This document shows, one piece after another, positions 31,239 to 40,232 of a DNA stretch of 64,000 nt (position 1 is its first letter; every line of letters begins with the position of its first letter). Origin of the DNA: Promethearchaeota archaeon. GTDB lineage: Archaea; Asgardarchaeota; Lokiarchaeia; Sigyniarchaeales; SOKP01. The translations under genes and the position numbers were made by a program. Location of the stretch: positions 64,001 through 128,000 of the forward strand of contig JAHPZJ010000006.1 in the NCBI GenBank assembly GCA_019058245.1. The letters run 5' to 3'. A model generated the notes under the pieces. It had not been told where the DNA came from. It did no database searches and saw only the letters and a program-made list of their open reading frames with translations.

Positions 31239-32258
31239 TTATTGATTCATATCAATTACTGATGTAATTATATTTTTAAGTGTCTCTTTATACTTTTCAA
31301 TATGTTCAAGTTTTAATGGAAACGCTAAAACAATTGTTTCTTGCCTATCACTATGCGTGCTAGGGGTTACTCCAATTTCATTAAGTTGATCAGTGATCAA
31401 GTCCATGTCCTCATCTAAAATTTTAATATCTACGGTTGTATAATTAGATTTTCTCGGATGGAGCCATAAACAATTTCTTAATTCGGTTCCAACAGCAATA
31501 TGATATTTATTATAGGTAATTTTTGTATCTTTCTCATAACAATTTTTAAACATTTCAATAACTTTTTCTGAGATTAGTAATGCTTTTTCAAATCCCGATT
31601 TTTGTTCCCAATAGGATCTCCCTACTTCTTCTGCTTGAATCTCTATATCATCCTCTGGTGTTTCATAAATATCCAGAATTTTCATAAAATCTAAAGTAAA
31701 ATTATCTCCTACTTGTAATGCGTTTAACTGAATTGCTATGATAGGAATGGATTTATTCATTAAAGAAATAACATTAAAAAATCTATTTGTTATTTCTTCA
31801 GCAATTATTACAGCACGATGTTCATAATTAGGATTTTTACTTTTTTCAAGATCCCAGTATTCGATAGTCCTAATGATGTGACTAGGATCTGTTTTCCCTA
31901 ATTGAATTTCAACCTCATAAAGCGTTTTGGTATCTGGATCTGATAATAAAAAATCCATTCTTCCTCCACTTGACTGAGTATGTTCCCTTCTAATTACCAT
32001 AAGTTCTCCTAAACCAAGCAATTCTGTATGTTCTTCAATTATATCTTGTAACCACTTCTCATTGTATCTAGGATGTCTTTTTAATGATATTTTCTTTGAA
32101 ATAACAAAAACCTGTTTCTTATTATCTATATTCGATGGTTCAATATTTTTGGATTCTATGGTTATTATATATTTAATAAAAAGCAGTATTTTATTTTTTG
32201 TATATTTTTCATTCTGATTTAAAACAAGGTAAAGATTTCGATGTTGCCGAAGGAACAT
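31239..32258 (-). CDS. NucS-like PD-(D/E)xK nuclease-domain protein; true start uncertain (about 32160 or downstream)
   Basis: EKWLQDII, GRMDFLL, YEVEIQLG..DPSHIIRTIEYW, AVIIAE. Confidence 0.72.
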   Translation of the reverse strand: MFLRQHRNLYLVLNQNEKYTKNKILLFIKYIITIESKNIEPSNIDNKKQVFVISKKISLKRHPRYNEKWLQDIIEEHTELLGLGELMVIRREHTQSSGGRMDFLLSDPDTKTLYEVEIQLGKTDPSHIIRTIEYWDLEKSKNPNYEHRAVIIAEEITNRFFNVISLMNKSIPIIAIQLNALQVGDNFTLDFMKILDIYETPEDDIEIQAEEVGRSYWEQKSGFEKALLISEKVIEMFKNCYEKDTKITYNKYHIAVGTELRNCLWLHPRKSNYTTVDIKILDEDMDLITDQLNEIGVTPSTHSDRQETIVLAFPLKLEHIEKYKETLKNIITSVIDMNQ

Positions 32259-34240
32259 TAATGAATTGGCAGGTCGAAATTGCTTTTAAATTAGATGAGA
32301 TGGTTAGGCAAAACCAATTAACTCCTGAATTAAAAGATACAATTTTAGGTGAGTTTAATTCGTTATTTGCAGAACATTATAAATTATACGGTCATTCAAA
32401 AGAAAATCCTATTTATTTTTCAGCTAGATTTGCCCTATATATGATGGCAAGAGTTCTGTATTCGACACCATATTGGTCAAATCTTTCATATCAGGATTTA
32501 TGCACAGAACTTCATTTCAAGAAAGAACTTGATCAATACGATGATCCTGACCATGTTCCTGAGAAAGCTATATGGGAAAGTCTTGAAGATAGGATCTCTG
32601 GTTTTCTTAGTGAGCAAGAGGCTCCTGATGACATAATAGAATCATGCTTAAAGAAAATAGTACCCTATATTGAAAAAGTATTACAGGAGATTGATTTAGC
32701 TAATAGTGCTAAAGATTTATTTGAAGGAAGAACGGTAACGCCTAGAGTATTATTAATTAATGACATAATAAATTGCCCAGATTCTGACGCTCTCAAGATG
32801 GTAACGCTTTTACCAGCCCCCATGAAAGCATTAGCTTTATTGTTGGCTGATCATCCTGATGACCATCCAGGAGGGAGATTATATGAAATAAATGGTAATT
32901 GGCTTTCACATCAATTCCTTTCTATTGGTTTAACTAGATCAGGTGATATAAAAGATATAGGTTCTATTTTACCAATTATTGCTAGGACTAATAGATGGGA
33001 AATTAATGATTTTAATAATCTCGGTATTGAGATTACTCAAAGCGAATTGAATTCTCTTAAAAAACATGTTAGAGCTACCATATATCAGCATTTATATGAT
33101 AGAAATACAATAAACCATCAAAATCTCATGTTTGGTTCTTTGACAGAGGTTATATATAAAACTATAGAATCCGTTCATGTTGCTATAGCTGTCCATGAGG
33201 ACAATAACTTTATAGGTATTAAAGAGGCTTCTCAAAAAGTTGGAAAAAGACAGTATACTGATTATTTAACTCAAGATACATTGTTAGGTTCAAAAACTAT
33301 TATAGAATTCAGTGACATAATTAAATCATATCTATTGCATAATTTTTATACCGATGGTGATCTATGGACAAGGTTCACAGAAGAAAACTATTATTATATA
33401 GACGCGTTAAATGCTCTTGATGAATTGAGCTCTGTTCAGGATATTGTGCGACCTGTAAGATTGATGCTAAGACAAGCAATAGGTATTGATACGCGAGGTT
33501 ATTCATTGTTATTCACTAATCCATTGTATAAAGCATGGGACATAATAATGCTATTAGGAGATTTATTTGGTACTGATGCTCTTTCTTTTGAATCATTAGA
33601 AGATCAATTGTTTGATGGAGATGCCAATACTAGACTTTTTCAGCCTAATCATATGGATAAGACTAAGAAAGATTCATTGGCGCTTTATGACCAAGTATTG
33701 ACAAACGACGATTATCATAACACTTACCATACCATGCTAGAAGCTGACCAAAGAGTATTAAAAGAAGGATTACGAAAGCTGATCTACTTAGGATGCAAAG
33801 GAAGTGGATCTGGACCAAATGGAGAAATCACAGAAGTAGATATTAGAAAAGTTTTTAGGGGTAAGACATTTTCTGTACTTTCAAGATTAACTGGGGTTCA
33901 AGAGACAGATATACCAATTCTAAGACAAGGCAATACTCTTGGTCTTTGGGATGACCATTTTGGTAGTCAATCACTTACAGATAAATTAAATATCTTTAAT
34001 GAAAAATTCCAGGACTTTCGTAGTGAGTATTCAAGGAGTGGAGATCTTAAGCTTGCATATATGACTTTATATGATAAGTACCCGATTGCTAAAGTGGCTT
34101 TCATGAATAAAGCCGAACTATTTAATAATAAGCTAGGTGCAGCAGCATTACTAGGTAGAAATATTAGAGGCATCTATCCATTAAATAATTTCATGAGACT
34201 ATATGAAGCACTCCTCTCAGATATTGTTTTCGCCCCTTAA
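32198..34240 (+). CDS. Large orphan protein, possibly a C-terminal fragment of a larger toxin-like protein
   Basis: 680-aa ORF; amino-acid composition less Lys/Ile-biased than neighbours; no recognisable family. Confidence 0.6.
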   Translation: MYIFHSDLKQGKDFDVAEGTLMNWQVEIAFKLDEMVRQNQLTPELKDTILGEFNSLFAEHYKLYGHSKENPIYFSARFALYMMARVLYSTPYWSNLSYQDLCTELHFKKELDQYDDPDHVPEKAIWESLEDRISGFLSEQEAPDDIIESCLKKIVPYIEKVLQEIDLANSAKDLFEGRTVTPRVLLINDIINCPDSDALKMVTLLPAPMKALALLLADHPDDHPGGRLYEINGNWLSHQFLSIGLTRSGDIKDIGSILPIIARTNRWEINDFNNLGIEITQSELNSLKKHVRATIYQHLYDRNTINHQNLMFGSLTEVIYKTIESVHVAIAVHEDNNFIGIKEASQKVGKRQYTDYLTQDTLLGSKTIIEFSDIIKSYLLHNFYTDGDLWTRFTEENYYYIDALNALDELSSVQDIVRPVRLMLRQAIGIDTRGYSLLFTNPLYKAWDIIMLLGDLFGTDALSFESLEDQLFDGDANTRLFQPNHMDKTKKDSLALYDQVLTNDDYHNTYHTMLEADQRVLKEGLRKLIYLGCKGSGSGPNGEITEVDIRKVFRGKTFSVLSRLTGVQETDIPILRQGNTLGLWDDHFGSQSLTDKLNIFNEKFQDFRSEYSRSGDLKLAYMTLYDKYPIAKVAFMNKAELFNNKLGAAALLGRNIRGIYPLNNFMRLYEALLSDIVFAP

Positions 34241-34275
34241 TTTTATTTAAACATTAAATTATCCATTATTTTATT

Positions 34276-34632
34276 ATGAAAAGAAAAGAGAAAAGATTAA
34301 TAGCACTTAAAGACCCTAAATTACGCAAAATAAGAACGGAATTAAGGAATTTATTACGACAAGCCTATGAGGATCATTATAATCGGTTCTTTGAGAAAAG
34401 AAAGACGATTCGCAATGATAAGACCATAAGTGAGGAGGAGAAAAAAATAAGACTTCAACAACTTTACCAAGAGAGTGAGAAATTGAAATTTGCTTATACT
34501 CACTCTGTGATAGGTTGCCGTCTATGTGGTAGAAGAGATCTTGACCTAATATATAATCCTATTTTAAATAAGTGGTATTGTGAGAGTTGTTATGAATTTA
34601 ATCGGAAAGGGCACGAAGAGTTATATCCTTAA
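34276..34632 (+). CDS. Small basic protein with CxxC...CxxC Zn finger
   Basis: CRLC...WYCESC; 35 nt downstream of the 680-aa ORF. Confidence 0.7.
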   Translation: MKRKEKRLIALKDPKLRKIRTELRNLLRQAYEDHYNRFFEKRKTIRNDKTISEEEKKIRLQQLYQESEKLKFAYTHSVIGCRLCGRRDLDLIYNPILNKWYCESCYEFNRKGHEELYP

Positions 34633-34645
34633 TTTGTAAGAGAAG

Positions 34646-34909
34646 TTATGTAATTTGGCTGGCATCAGGTTTTATGAATAAGAGGTTATTCCCACGTATA
34701 AATATCTCATTGTATTTAGCCACAGGCGTACCCTCAAGCAATTCAGTAGCCGATTCAAGAATCATGTTCATGTAAGCGTCGATCTCCTTTAATAATCCCC
34801 TATATTCAGTTCCGTCTTTTAATCTAAGTAAGATTATTGAGTTTTGGGCAGCCTGAAGGATGGATAGAGGATTTTTTGATTTTTGTTGTTGATCGTTTCG
34901 GTTTGACAT
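34646..34909 (-). CDS. Sm/Lsm-like RNA-binding protein
   Basis: LKDGTEYRGLLKEIDAYMNMIL, IFIRGNNLLFI. Confidence 0.93.
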   Translation of the reverse strand: MSNRNDQQQKSKNPLSILQAAQNSIILLRLKDGTEYRGLLKEIDAYMNMILESATELLEGTPVAKYNEIFIRGNNLLFIKPDASQIT

Positions 34910-35020
34910 TTTTAATTCTTAAATTACTAAAATAATTATAATATTTATAGAAAAGATAATTTAAAGATAGCATTTTTTGAATTAAAACCTTACGACATTA
35001 TAAATACAAGATAAAATGCT

Positions 35021-35644
35021 TTGGTTATCATATTGGAAAAATCCCTTAAAAATCATGATAAAAAGAAAAGGATTATAGATAAATACAATTCAACGTCATT
35101 TTTTTATGATAAAAGATACAGAGCAATACAAACAGAAAAATTTGAAATTGTCTTCAGTAATTACAAAATAAATGATAAACGTATTTTAGATATGGGGTGC
35201 GGTACCGGGTTACTTTTTGAACATATTTTAAAGTTGATATCAGATAAGGGAACAATAAGATATAATTATGTGGCATTAGATATTTCTTGGAATATGTTAT
35301 TGGAATTTAAAGCAAAAGTTAATATGAGGAAGGGGAAAAAGAAACCATTGAACTTAATTCTTTCCGATATAGAATTTTTACCTTTTAGGAGAAATATCTT
35401 TGATTCAATTTTTTCACTTACAGCATTCCAAAATTTACCGAATTTTAAAAACGGAATTGAAGAATTATATATGGTAAGTAGATATAATGCTGATTTCAAA
35501 TTTTCAATACTAAAGAAAAATATAGAGATAAAAAAATTAATAGGTATATTAAAATCTAAAATTGAAGATTTGAAGCTTATAGATAGAGACAAATTGGAAG
35601 ATATAGTGATTCAGGGAAAAATCTTAAAAGATAAACAATTTTGA
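35021..35644 (+). CDS. Class I SAM-dependent methyltransferase
   Basis: ILDMGCGTG, ALDIS, DIEFLPFR..FD. Confidence 0.88.
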   Translation: MVIILEKSLKNHDKKKRIIDKYNSTSFFYDKRYRAIQTEKFEIVFSNYKINDKRILDMGCGTGLLFEHILKLISDKGTIRYNYVALDISWNMLLEFKAKVNMRKGKKKPLNLILSDIEFLPFRRNIFDSIFSLTAFQNLPNFKNGIEELYMVSRYNADFKFSILKKNIEIKKLIGILKSKIEDLKLIDRDKLEDIVIQGKILKDKQF

Positions 35645-35646
35645 TT

Positions 35647-36525
35647 TCAACTTTTATAAAATGAATTAAGAATCTCATCTACATTACTTTCAATTTTATA
35701 CTTCTTTCTAAAATAAGAGCAGATATTTTGAATATCTCTTTCTAATAAAGAAGCAGCATTAGGGTGATCTACTGGAACCCACTGCAACCAATCAATTAGT
35801 AATATATTACCCTTTTCATCTATAACAATGTTAAATTCACCCAAATCACCATGTATCATTTCAGCTTTTTTATAGATTATTTTTAATTGTTTGATAATTT
35901 TATTAAAAATCTTAATAGGATTTTTAATACTTTTATAGTAAACTAATTCTTTTCCTCTCAAATATGACATAATAATTATATGTCTATTATAAGCAATTGG
36001 TTTTGGTGTATTTAGCTTAAGTGTAGAGATTTTTTTAAGAGCTTCATATTCTTTTTTTGCTGCAAGTCTGTTAATATAAAGCCATGATAAATGCCCTCGT
36101 TCTCCTATAAGATCTCTTAATTGTTTAATATTTTTAAAACTGGTCCTTCCCATTCGGTAAATTTTAGCAGCATAAATATCTCCATCATCATTCATACAGC
36201 TATAGACATCTGACTCTTTACCTTTACCTATTAATGGCCCCAACTGACTTATAATGTTCTGTTCGACTAATGTATGCAAAGCAAGGAGATCATATGCTTT
36301 GGAGTTGAGTGTGTAAGCGATTTCATGCTTAGAAGCGTCTCTAATTATTAATCCAAGTTTATGGACTTTTTTCAGACGAAAGAGTGTTTCTTCCATCTTG
36401 TATCTTGAATAAAATTTGATATTATTTACTGTAACATACTCAGATCTTTTCATTCCAATTTCAATTGCCATTAGTATCCTGAGATCTTCCTTTTCCAATT
36501 TAGTAAGAAGGTTTGCTACTTTCAC
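35647..36525 (-). CDS. rio2: RIO2-type protein kinase
   Basis: N-terminal wHTH, IGKGKESDVY, GRTSF, AKKEY, IHGDLGEFNI, IDWLQ. Confidence 0.93.
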   Translation of the reverse strand: MKVANLLTKLEKEDLRILMAIEIGMKRSEYVTVNNIKFYSRYKMEETLFRLKKVHKLGLIIRDASKHEIAYTLNSKAYDLLALHTLVEQNIISQLGPLIGKGKESDVYSCMNDDGDIYAAKIYRMGRTSFKNIKQLRDLIGERGHLSWLYINRLAAKKEYEALKKISTLKLNTPKPIAYNRHIIIMSYLRGKELVYYKSIKNPIKIFNKIIKQLKIIYKKAEMIHGDLGEFNIVIDEKGNILLIDWLQWVPVDHPNAASLLERDIQNICSYFRKKYKIESNVDEILNSFYKS

Positions 36526-36536
36526 ACCTTTTTCAG

Positions 36537-37319
36537 CTAAAAAATGAATTTTCGATAAGTCTTGAAAAAAGTTATTAATTTATATATATTTGGGATTTCA
36601 TAAATCAGTATGGTTATTAAGATTATCAGTAAAAAGATGAAAATATCCTGTTGTAATATATAGTAAATGGTTAGAGTTGAACCTTCTTGAAATAGAAATA
36701 AAAAAATCCCTTGATTTAAGTATATTAATAACCCAATTGAGATGATGAGCCCGTTTAAAGAAAAAATTATAACTTGATTTTCATATTCAATAATTCCAAT
36801 TATTAAATTTAAAGAAAAAAAGAATAATATGATCAAATTAATTAACCATGAAGTATCAATCCAAAAATCATAGACAGAACTTTGTACTTCATAAGTTCCA
36901 TTAGATATATTCCAAGTTAACGCCGAGCTTAAAAATATGAACAATAGTATTGGTAAAAATATAGAAATTATGATTGAAATACTATAAATTCTAATAGTCG
37001 TGAACCTGCTGAATCTCAATATGCTTTCATCTCCCGCTTTGACAGATTCTAGCAATAAATTAACCTTATTTTGAATATCAAGAGGAAAATTACTCTTAGT
37101 CATAATAAGTTGGAGGTTTAAAGTAGAAAAATTAGAGATCAATTCTTTAATCTGTTTATATCCCCTTCTAATTTTTTCTTTATTGCTTTTTGGACCACTC
37201 CAAAAATAGATAATTTCGTTTTCTTCATCTAAAATTGTACAAATATCATGAGCTAGTAAAGTATTTTCTTCTTCTAACCACTGAGATTTATCCTCATTAA
37301 ATATAAAGGTTCTAATCAT
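36537..37319 (-). CDS. Gelsolin-like domain fused to about 4 transmembrane helices
   Basis: LLAHDICTILDEENEIIYFWSGPKS matches the gelsolin core pattern; four hydrophobic stretches in the C-terminal half. Confidence 0.65.
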   Translation of the reverse strand: MIRTFIFNEDKSQWLEEENTLLAHDICTILDEENEIIYFWSGPKSNKEKIRRGYKQIKELISNFSTLNLQLIMTKSNFPLDIQNKVNLLLESVKAGDESILRFSRFTTIRIYSISIIISIFLPILLFIFLSSALTWNISNGTYEVQSSVYDFWIDTSWLINLIILFFFSLNLIIGIIEYENQVIIFSLNGLIISIGLLIYLNQGIFLFLFQEGSTLTIYYILQQDIFIFLLIILITILIYEIPNIYKLITFFKTYRKFIF

Positions 37320-37421
37320 TAAACCACTAGTTAATTTAAAAGGAATTAACTTTTAATTTTTTCTAAAAACAATTAGAAAATACTTAATAATTGAAAAAAA
37401 AAAAGAAAATGAGATATATAT

Positions 37422-38312
37422 TTAGTTTTGGCATTCTATTCTTCTTTTTATATCTTTCCACATGTTATCTATATAAACTTTATATACTTTAATTTGTTGT
37501 TGAGTCATCTCACTAAATCTTTTTTGAGCTTTGAGATATTCTTCTATAGGTTTACGCTTTAAAGGATCTAAATATCTGCTGCTTGGTTTTGATAGTTTAA
37601 ATATACCATTTTCAATTTCATATAAGATCCAAAAACCTGTTTGTACTGCTAACCGTCCAATTGATATTGTATCTTTAGGATCATAACCCCATCCAGGTGG
37701 ACAAGGAGATAATATATGAAAATACTTTGAGCCATGAATAGTTCGTGCTTTTTTAAATTTTTCAAATAAATCTAAAGGATAAGATGCAATGCCAGTTGCA
37801 ATATATGGGATTCCATGAGCTTCTAATATTTTTGGCATATCTTTTTTATGACTTAATTTGCCTTCAGGTGTAGTGGTCGTTTTAACTCCATATGGAGTTG
37901 ATCCACTCCGCTGAACACCCGTATTCATATAGGCTTCATTATCATAACAAGCATATATAAAGTTTGTCCCTCTTTCAACAGCTCCACTCAGAGCTTGTAT
38001 TCCTATATCGGTTGTACCTCCATCTCCAGCAAAAGCGAGAACTGTAATTTCATTTTCTAAGCCTTTATCTTCTAAGGAAGCTACTATTCCTGATGCTGAA
38101 GCCCCTGTGGTTGCAAAAGGTGTATGATACACACTAACTTTCGTGGAACAGAATCCCTGCATACCATGTAAAACTGTTAAACAAGATGCTGGTACAGTTA
38201 CAAGTGTTTTTGCACCTAATGCTTTTAATGCAATTCTATATATTAATGCCATACCACATCCTGCACATGCACGAGTACCAGGATAAATAAATTCCTCTTC
38301 AGGAAGATCCAT
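37422..38312 (-). CDS. porB: 2-oxoacid (pyruvate):ferredoxin oxidoreductase beta subunit
   Basis: ACAGCG, AGDGG, DNEAYMNTGVQRSGSTP, SPCPPGW. Confidence 0.92.
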   Translation of the reverse strand: MDLPEEEFIYPGTRACAGCGMALIYRIALKALGAKTLVTVPASCLTVLHGMQGFCSTKVSVYHTPFATTGASASGIVASLEDKGLENEITVLAFAGDGGTTDIGIQALSGAVERGTNFIYACYDNEAYMNTGVQRSGSTPYGVKTTTTPEGKLSHKKDMPKILEAHGIPYIATGIASYPLDLFEKFKKARTIHGSKYFHILSPCPPGWGYDPKDTISIGRLAVQTGFWILYEIENGIFKLSKPSSRYLDPLKRKPIEEYLKAQKRFSEMTQQQIKVYKVYIDNMWKDIKRRIECQN

Positions 38313-38330
38313 AACATTTACTATTATTTT

Positions 38331-39623
38331 TCACCTACTATCAAAATAATTAGATTCATCATAATCATTCAGTTCATCTAGGCTTAAACCCAAAAAATCT
38401 GTTTTATTTGTAAATATGCCTTGCTTGAATTGATTTAAAGCTTTATGAACTCCAGAAATAATATGTTCTGTTTTTACATCTCTACCCCCTAAACCGACAA
38501 TAAACCCCTTAATATTTGGTTTCTTTTTTAAACTATAAAGTGCCGCTTTTAATTCATAAGATAAAACACCTTCATATCCATATCCAATATCTCTATCAAA
38601 CACAATAATATTTTCTTTATCCTTAAAGAAATCCCTTAAATCTTCATATGGATATGGTCTAAATAATTTAAGACTTACTATTCCAATTTTTAGTCCTTCT
38701 GCTCTTAGTTTTTTAATTGCAACTCTAGCTTGAGAAGCAACTGAACCCATAGCATAGATGATTGTATCAGCATCCTCCGTTTGAATAATTTTATATATTC
38801 CATTTCCATATGATCTCCCAAATTTTTTAGTAAACTCATCATGGACTTCTTTAATGATATCAATTGAATTTTCCAAGGACCTTTGAAGGGCATATCTAAA
38901 TTCATAATAACCTGGGGCTGTTCCTTCTATTCGTTTAATAATATTAGGAGTAGTAACTGGATCTATACCTTTTATTGTTGAAATATTAGATAAATTAATA
39001 TGATGATTTATAGGGGGTAAAAATTCATCAACTTCTTCTTGATTTTCAAGTTTAACTGGCATCATTGTATGACTAAGTATATATCCATCATAAGCAACAA
39101 TAGAAGGAAGAAAAACGCGAGAATTTTCAGCAATTTTGAATGCTTGAAGATTAGTATCATAGATTTCTTGGTTATTTTCACACATATACTGAATCCAACC
39201 AACATCTCTTATTGTAATAAAATCAGAGTGATCTGTCCAAACGGACCAAGGTGCACCTAAGGATCTTGTCGCTAAATTAATTATAATAGGCAATCTATTC
39301 CCAGCAGCCCATGGTAACATTTCATACATTAATTCCAAACCGTGAGCAGAAGTTGCTGTGCCAACTCGTGAACCTGTTGCAGAAGCTGCACAGCATACTG
39401 CTAAGGCTGAATGTTCAGATTCTACTTTAACAAACCTAGCATTTAACTTCCCATTTGCTATAAATTCAGCAATTTTTTCAACTACGGGACTCTGAGGTGT
39501 AATTGGATAAGCAGAGACAACACCAACTCTAGCCTGTCTAAAAGCATGTGCAGCTGCATGATTTCCTGTTATTATTTTTATGTCATTATCTATATTAGTC
39601 TTTTGGTTTTCAATTAGACTCAT
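38331..39623 (-). CDS. porA: 2-oxoacid:ferredoxin oxidoreductase alpha subunit; start corrected to ATG 39623
   Basis: YPITP, VESEHSA, TATSAHGL, FRP, GLGGRD; TAATG overlap with porD and GGAGGTGA upstream. Confidence 0.92.
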   Translation of the reverse strand: MSLIENQKTNIDNDIKIITGNHAAAHAFRQARVGVVSAYPITPQSPVVEKIAEFIANGKLNARFVKVESEHSALAVCCAASATGSRVGTATSAHGLELMYEMLPWAAGNRLPIIINLATRSLGAPWSVWTDHSDFITIRDVGWIQYMCENNQEIYDTNLQAFKIAENSRVFLPSIVAYDGYILSHTMMPVKLENQEEVDEFLPPINHHINLSNISTIKGIDPVTTPNIIKRIEGTAPGYYEFRYALQRSLENSIDIIKEVHDEFTKKFGRSYGNGIYKIIQTEDADTIIYAMGSVASQARVAIKKLRAEGLKIGIVSLKLFRPYPYEDLRDFFKDKENIIVFDRDIGYGYEGVLSYELKAALYSLKKKPNIKGFIVGLGGRDVKTEHIISGVHKALNQFKQGIFTNKTDFLGLSLDELNDYDESNYFDSR

Positions 39624-39919
39624 TAATATTTCACCTCCTCCATAGTAATCGCGTTTACGGGACATTCTTCCATACATATACCACATCCTTTACAATGAAT
39701 TAAATCTATTTGAGGAGGGATAGTTCTCGTTACAACCGCTTCAGGGCAATAAAGCCAGCAATTAAAACAACTAGATTTTCCAGATTTTGCAGGGATGCAT
39801 GTATTTAAATCAATATGTGGCTTTTTTGAGCTCCAAGTTCCAGTCTTACCTGCTTCTCCTAATACAGGTTTTTGAACAGAACCTAAAATCTTTTGGTAAT
39901 CTTTTTTTGAGTTTTTCAT
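39623..39919 (-). CDS. porD: 2-oxoacid:ferredoxin oxidoreductase delta subunit
   Basis: KTGTW..KP, CWLYCPE, CKGCGICMEECP. Confidence 0.92.
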   Translation of the reverse strand: MKNSKKDYQKILGSVQKPVLGEAGKTGTWSSKKPHIDLNTCIPAKSGKSSCFNCWLYCPEAVVTRTIPPQIDLIHCKGCGICMEECPVNAITMEEVKY

Positions 39920-40232
39920 TATTTCACTAAAAAAAGCTATATATCTATATCTGTATGAAATACAACATACTTAAGTTTTTAATTCTTATCATTTCTAAAA
40001 ATAAAAGAAAAAGTATTATTTCACTAATTCTATTAAGAATTATATTAGATATTTTATTCAAATAAAGTCATATTAGAAAGAAAAACTTTTTTTCTGAATT
40101 GTAAAAATTAAATACTAAATTTTTCATTAGGTTTATAGAAAAAATTAAAGCTCTAGAGATTCCAATGAAATAAATTGGAATAATATGTTTTTTATCGAAA
40201 CAGCTTAGAAAACTTATAAGGTATGTAAAAAA

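Noticed and set aside
28600-34645. Integrated virus or transposon as the origin of the island
   Set aside because: No integrase, transposase, capsid gene, tRNA target or att-like direct repeats detected
39624-39686. Track start of porA at 39686
   Set aside because: Overlaps porD; ATG 39623 with a Shine-Dalgarno-like GGAGGTGA and TAATG coupling fits better
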